Shown here one piece after another: positions 55,891 to 64,000 of a DNA stretch of 64,000 bases. The notes under the pieces are model-generated. The model was not told the DNA's origin, searched no databases, and saw only the letters and a program-made list of their open reading frames with translations. The first letter of the stretch is position 1, and each line of letters begins with the position of its first letter. Source of the DNA: the human T2T-CHM13v2.0 reference genome, Homo sapiens; assembly GCF_009914755.1 (NCBI RefSeq), contig NC_060935.1. One strand, written 5' to 3'. The translations under genes and the position numbers were made by a program.

Positions 55891-56364
55891 AAAGACTCAT
55901 GCACATGTATGTTTATTGCAGCACTATTCACAATAGCAACGACTTGGAACCAACCCAAATGCCCAGCGATGATAGACTGGATAAAGAAAATGTGGCACAT
56001 ATACACCATAAAATACTATGTAGCCATAAAAAACGATGAGTTTATGTCCTTTGCAGAGACATGGATGAAGCTGGAAACCATCATTCTCAGCAAACTAACA
56101 CAGGAACAGAAAACTAAACACTGCGTGTTCTCACTCATAAGTGGGAGTTGAAAAATGAGAACACATGGACGCGAGGAGGGGAACATCACACACTGGGGCC
56201 TGTCAGGAGGTTGGGGATTAGGGGAGGGATAGCATTAGGAGAAATAACTAATGTAGATGACGGGTTGATGGGTGCAGCAAACCACCATGGCATATGTATA
56301 CCTATGTAACAAACCTGCGTGTTCTGCACACATATCCCAGAACTTAAAGTATAATAAAAAAAAA
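55891..56364 (+). mobile_element. 5'-truncated L1PA7-type 3' end with TSD
   Basis: ORF2 C-terminus (ORF 55855-56151 [10 protein letters not shown]...WIKKMWHIYT). TSD AAAAAATCAGGAAACAACT at 55872-90 and 56359-77. Confidence 0.93.
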
Positions 56365-57314
56365 TCAGGAAACAACTCTATGATGTCTACCTTAAATATT
56401 GAACTACAGATAGAGTAAAAGCAAAAGTATAGGAAAGGTATACCAGGCAAGAACTAATCAACAGAAAGCTGGAATGGCTTTATTAATACCTTTAACCTAT
56501 TGCAATCTAGCTTCAAATTATATCACTTTCATAATTCCCTGCTACTATACTTTGTGCTATTATCATACATTTTAATTCTACATATGTATAAAACTCAAAA
56601 TATATTTTTATTATTTTTGCCTTTACAAGTCCATTATCTTTTAAGGACATTAAAAAAGGAAACAAGTTTATATTTACCCACATATTCACCGTTTCTTAAT
56701 TTCACTATGAAGATCTGAATTTCCATCAGGTATTTTTTTTTCTGTCTGAAGAAGTATCTCTAACATTTCTTGTAGAAATGCTGGCAATATATTGTCTCAG
56801 TTTTTTGGATTTAAAAATGTTTTTATTTTGCTTTCATTTTTTAAGAATAGTCTCCCTGAGCTGACAGGTCTTTTGTTGTTAATTTTTTTTTCTCCAGCAC
56901 CTTAAAGATGTCTTCTGGTTTGTACATAACTTGCAAGAGAAATCAGTTGTCATTCTTATCTTTGTTCCTTGTTTTTCTCTGATTACTTTTAAGAGTTTCT
57001 CTTCATCAGTAGTTTATAGTAATTTGAATATAATATGCTTTGTTTATCTTTTTGTTGCTTCAGCTTTGATCCATTGAGCATCCTGCATGTATGGGTATAT
57101 AATTTTTTATCAAATTGAGACATTTGATAAAATTTGATAAATTTCTAACAAATTGGGAAACTTCAGCCATTATTTCTTCAAATATTTTTCCTTACTTCTC
57201 TTTGCTGTCTTTCTTTCTGGAAGTCCAATTACATGTATGTTAGGACACTTGATATTTTTCCCTAGTTCATCGAAGCTGGTTTTTTTTTATTCTGTTTCCC
57301 TTTTTTAAATCTAT

Positions 57315-59670
<2,356 letters not shown>

Positions 59671-61356
59671 CTTATTCTATTTTCTTTCTGTGTTTTGTGT
59701 TGGAGAGTGTCTGTTGCTATATCTTTGTACTCACTGACTTTGTCTTCTGCAGTATTTAATCTCTGTTACTCCCAGCCAATATATTTTTCATCCCAAAATT
59801 ATTTTTTTCATCATTAGTACCATTTGGCACTTTTATGTGTTTCCCATTTCTCTTCTCATCATGTTCATGTTTTAATTTACATATTTAAGCATATGAGTTA
59901 GATTGATAATAACTGCCTTAAGGTTATTGTTTACTAATATCAGCTCTTTTTTTCTTGGTCTATGAGTCATATTTTTACATTTCTTGACATGCCTGGTAGT
60001 CTTTGATTGATATCAGATATTGTGATTTTGTATTTTTGGGCAATAGATTTTGTTGTATTTATTTAAAAGATGTTAGAATTTGTTTCGTCATACATCATAG
60101 TAAGTTGTAGATCAGTTTGGTCATTTTAAAGCTTACACTGAAGCTTTGTTATTACAGGTCCACAGCAGTCTTTTAGTCCAGGAAAGAGTTTTAGCCCAAC
60201 TTCTATGAGGTGAATTACTCTGAAGATTCTATACAATGTTTCTCCACCTGGCCATGAGGAACCCAAACTTCCCATTCCTGTGCAAGCTCAGAATTTTTTG
60301 ACCCACTGTCTTCTAGTGATTATTTTTGTCTCCACCTTGTGCAGTTTGCTCTCGTGCTTTCATAGATCAGCCAGCACTAAGTAAAATACTTGTGAAGAAC
60401 CCTCTGAAGATCTCCAGAACACCCACTCTCTCTCTCTCTCTCCCTCCCTCTCTCTCTCTGAGCAACTCACTCTTTCCAGTACTCTGCAAATTCTAAACAC
60501 TTTGGTCTTCCTCAAACTCTAATCTCTGTCTCCTCGATTCAGAGAGACTACTGGGCTTTGCTTTGGATTCCCCCTTACATTATCACCTAGAAACACCTCC
60601 TGGCACTAAGAGGGCGCAATCAGAGAGCTAATCTTTTTTGGTTCTCTTCTTCTAGGGATCACAGCCTCACATTACCTATTGTCTAATGTCTGAAAACCAT
60701 GATGACATATATTTTGCCTAGATTTCTAATTGTTTATAATGGGAATGTACTTCCATAACAGTCAATTCTTCACTGAAGGAACTACAAGTCTCCCTGGTCT
60801 GCATATTGAAAGTTATTTGAAAAAGGTTTGGCAAAGAGTGGGGGAAGGATGGGACAAACTAGTGAATATAAGCAAACTCTCCAAGAGCACACAGTTAACA
60901 ACATGGTGATTTGAACTCAATTCTGTCTTATATCACAGCTATCCCTGACTATAAGGTAGCAATATTCTAGTGATAAAAGTAGAAACACTTATATGGTAAT
61001 ATAATGTGCCATGATAAGGACTGTGCACTTTGAAAGAGAAGGGGTTATGTCTTCTTTATCTCTGGGTACCAGTGCCCAGATTGTGGCCTGGTACTCCATA
61101 GACACTCAAGTTAATATTTGTTGCTTCCAAAAATGTAATGCAAACATAGAGGAGAGTGTTGTCTCCTCAGCCTGTGCTTGAGGCAGGTGGTGGAGGTAGA
61201 GATGCAATTGCAGTATGAAACTAGGACTCAGTATCCAGAGGTTCAAATGGGATCAGTGGTAATAGAATTCAACCTTACACTTTCATAAGTTGGTGTCAGT
61301 GATTCAAATGAGACATTTGGCGAAGGTAGTTCAAGTTAGCAAACAGTGTTTGGTGA

Positions 61357-61561
61357 TGTATTAGTTAGGGTTCTCTAGAGGGACAGAACTAATATATAGG
61401 AGAGTTTATTAGGTATTAACTCACATGATCACAAGATCCCATAATAGGTCATCTGCAAGCTGAGGAGTAAGGAGAGCCAGTCCAAGTTCCAAAACTGAAG
61501 AACTTAGAGTCCAATGTTCGAGGGCAGGAAGCATCTAACACGGGAGAAAGATGTAGGTTGG
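61357..61561 (-). mobile_element. MLT2A1/MLT2A2 (HERV-L LTR), 3' part only
   Basis: TGTATTAGTTAGGGTTCTCTAGAGGGACAGAACTAATA...TGCAAGCTGAGGAG...AACTGAAGAACTTAGAGTCCAATGTTCGAGGGCAGGAAGCATC. Confidence 0.88.
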
Positions 61562-63944
61562 CAGGGGTTATAACAGCTTTTGGAAGTTATGAGTAGGTCT
61601 TCACAGCAGCCAGTTGGTGATTCTATCCAAGCCTAGAATTATCTGTCCTCTTCCTTTGTTTGAAGCGGTCTTCCTGATATAAGTGAATAAGCACTGGCTG
61701 ATGTGTCCCATGCACAGAGATGGACAAGGACAGTCAGCTAGTGAGAGAAGTGAGGATTGGGGAGTCTGGAGGAATCACAAACCCAGAAGGTTTTCTTTTT
61801 ACTGAAGGAGGCCATGTCTCAAGTCTCTCTGCCTGAGGACTCCAGGGCTACTGGTCTGTCATCCTAACTACCATGCTACCTATTAATGTTTAGAGCTTCC
61901 TAAGGTGATACTTGCAAAGTATCTACCTGTGTAGCTCACTCTGTTACTTCCACACTGACACCAGGAACTGAGCCAGAAACAAAGCCTTTTAGACACTGCC
62001 TTGGCTGCTAGCCTAAAGCCCCTCTGCCTGCCTGGTTGCCTTTTGGTTATTGCCGCTCCTCTCAGGATGATCTCATGGCAGCTCCCAGTTCTCCCTGGCT
62101 TTGAATGGTTATTTGAGAGCACCACTCTTCTATACCTGACTCCTATATGTCAGGAATAATGAGTACTGATGACCAGTGGAAGGGACTGAGGTCCCAGAAG
62201 GCTCAGGAGCAGAAGTCAAATAAGTGAGAAGAAATGGGTTCTAAACTGGGAAAGGGAGGCTGCTGATGAATTGTGCCCAAAGGGCAGGTACAGAAAGAGG
62301 AGCTAGGTGAATTAGGGGTGACCAGGCAGAGTCAGGGGAAGGATGGAGATAATGAGAGTGCACCAGATTCTGAGATGAAATCAGCTAGATGAGATTCTCC
62401 TGCTTCTGCTGTCTGCCTCAGTTGTTAAATAAGCGTAACCAACCCACATATTATGTGCTCATTGTCCCTGAGGCACCATGGCTCAGATCCTGCAACCACT
62501 CCTTCCAGCCGTATTGTTGTTTGGCATCAGTTCTGCCCAGGATTTGTTCCCTGTTTCTATCCCTGTATCTTTCTGCCCAGCACTCAGTGATCAGGTATCC
62601 CCTTAGTATTTTTGTGCAATACTTTCTGGCTGCCAAGATTCATATTATACTAGGTCGGTGTCCTGCTCTACCTAAGGCAGGATCTAACACCCTCACACAC
62701 ACTGACATGTTTGGCTGATGACCTATCCAGACCTATCCAAGCCCTTTCAACAAAAGTTTAAACAGCTACTAATGATAATCATCTGGTTTTTTAAAATGTA
62801 CTTAGTTATGAGCTTGTACTTGACAGATATGACTACATCATTCTTCCTAAATGAAGAAGGCTAAGAAGGTGAAATGAATAGGTAATATTCATCTTCCCAA
62901 ATTCTAACCCTTGCAGGAGGGCAGCAGAGCCCTGACTAGGCCTAGGCCTCCTAGAATACATCCAAGAAAGCCTCTAGGATTTCTGTCTCTGGGGTTAAGG
63001 TTTTAAAGAAGTTACTGAGTTTTAAGGACATGGCCTCTTCGTTAATTGTGGTGTCACCATCTGTAGTCTCGAGGGGAGATTCTAGTTCATCTGATTAGTA
63101 GTAAATCTGTTCCTAATGAGAGGGGCACACAGGATGATTGAGGGTCATGTATGCCTTGAGCAGAAATGTGATGTGAAGCTAGTTCACAAATTGGAGCTGG
63201 CGCCAAATATTTCTTACTTACAGCTCTAATATATGGAGGAGGTAGCTCACTTTAAAATATGTTGACTGTATCTTCTAATTAAACACTGAAAACTACTTTT
63301 TAATATATATTCAAAATGATAAAATAATTGCTAAATTATGCAGATTTTTATGGTGGGCCAGAAACAAGACAATTTTTTTTTAATTGGCACCTTTTACTGA
63401 TTCGAAATGTTAATCACAGGGACCCTAATAGGCCTATCAGACTTCTCTAATGTATTCAAATAAAATGAGCAAAATCATTAAATGTCCAAATATTGATTTA
63501 AAGTGCTCCAATTGGTAATGAAATTTGGCTCTCTACTTGAGACAGGGCACACTGGCTGTGTGCTTTAATTTTAAAGAAACTGCTGAAGTGTGAAGTAGTT
63601 AGAGATAAGAGAGAATGGAGGAGAGAGAGAAAGAGAAAAACACAGAGGGAGATGACCTTAAGAAACACAAGATACCAATCACTGGACTAGAATGGACCAT
63701 TGGTTTAGACAGAAAGAAATAGTTGAAGGTAGATTTGGTTAACCCAATAAAATTATGTTAAGTACCCAAGATAAGTGCCAAGACAGAAGGTCCAGAGTGC
63801 CTTTAGAAAGGAATGTGGAGAGGAGAAAATGTCAGACACTGGGCTCCAGCCACTTCCCTTTAAAGGCCAGCATGAGATGGAATTCGGAAATGATGTCCAT
63901 TACAGACAGGGCAAGTCCATGCATACCTGTGACCCAGACTCCCG

Positions 63945-64000
63945 TGTATTAGTTTCCTAGGGCTACCATAACAATTTACCCCAAAGATCGTGGCTTAAAA
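63945..64000 (-). mobile_element. MLT1 LTR 3' end, cut by the window edge
   Basis: TGTATTAGTTTCCTAGGGCTACCATAACAA...TGGCTTAAAA. Confidence 0.75.

Noticed and set aside
60603-60618. CTCF-like GCACTAAGAGGGCGC
   Set aside because: The 5' half fits the consensus poorly, and it lies in an old L1 5' region.
62720-62739. 10-bp tandem duplication GACCTATCCA x2 (also TATTTTGAA x3 near 35325-35373)
   Set aside because: Ordinary slippage duplications.

Overview
This is repeat-rich primate (very likely human) genomic DNA with no recognisable protein-coding gene, structural RNA gene or CpG island. It reads as intergenic DNA or a large intron. Much of it is interspersed repeats: 10 Alus, several L1s from ancient L1M/HAL1 types to a very young ~90-bp L1PA2/L1HS-type 3' end, many MIR/L2 relics, ERVL/MaLR LTRs and hAT/Tigger DNA-transposon MITEs. 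The six-frame ORFs are repeat-derived or chance. I did not find a new multi-gene system. The notable signals are structural. (i) A 67-nt T-shaped three-stem palindrome at 3470-3536. (ii) A 57-bp inverted templated insertion copied from ~600 bp away into a Tigger4 element. (iii) An L1PA insertion without a target-site duplication (TSD), sitting at an inversion plus deletion inside an old L1. (iv) A tiny, possibly polymorphic young L1. (v) An AluJ carrying 30 non-Alu nt inside its TSDs. (vi) A candidate 96-nt exon and several repeat-free, homeodomain-motif-dense candidate enhancers. Repeat subfamily names come from recalled consensus sequences, and boundaries are approximate unless TSDs are given.
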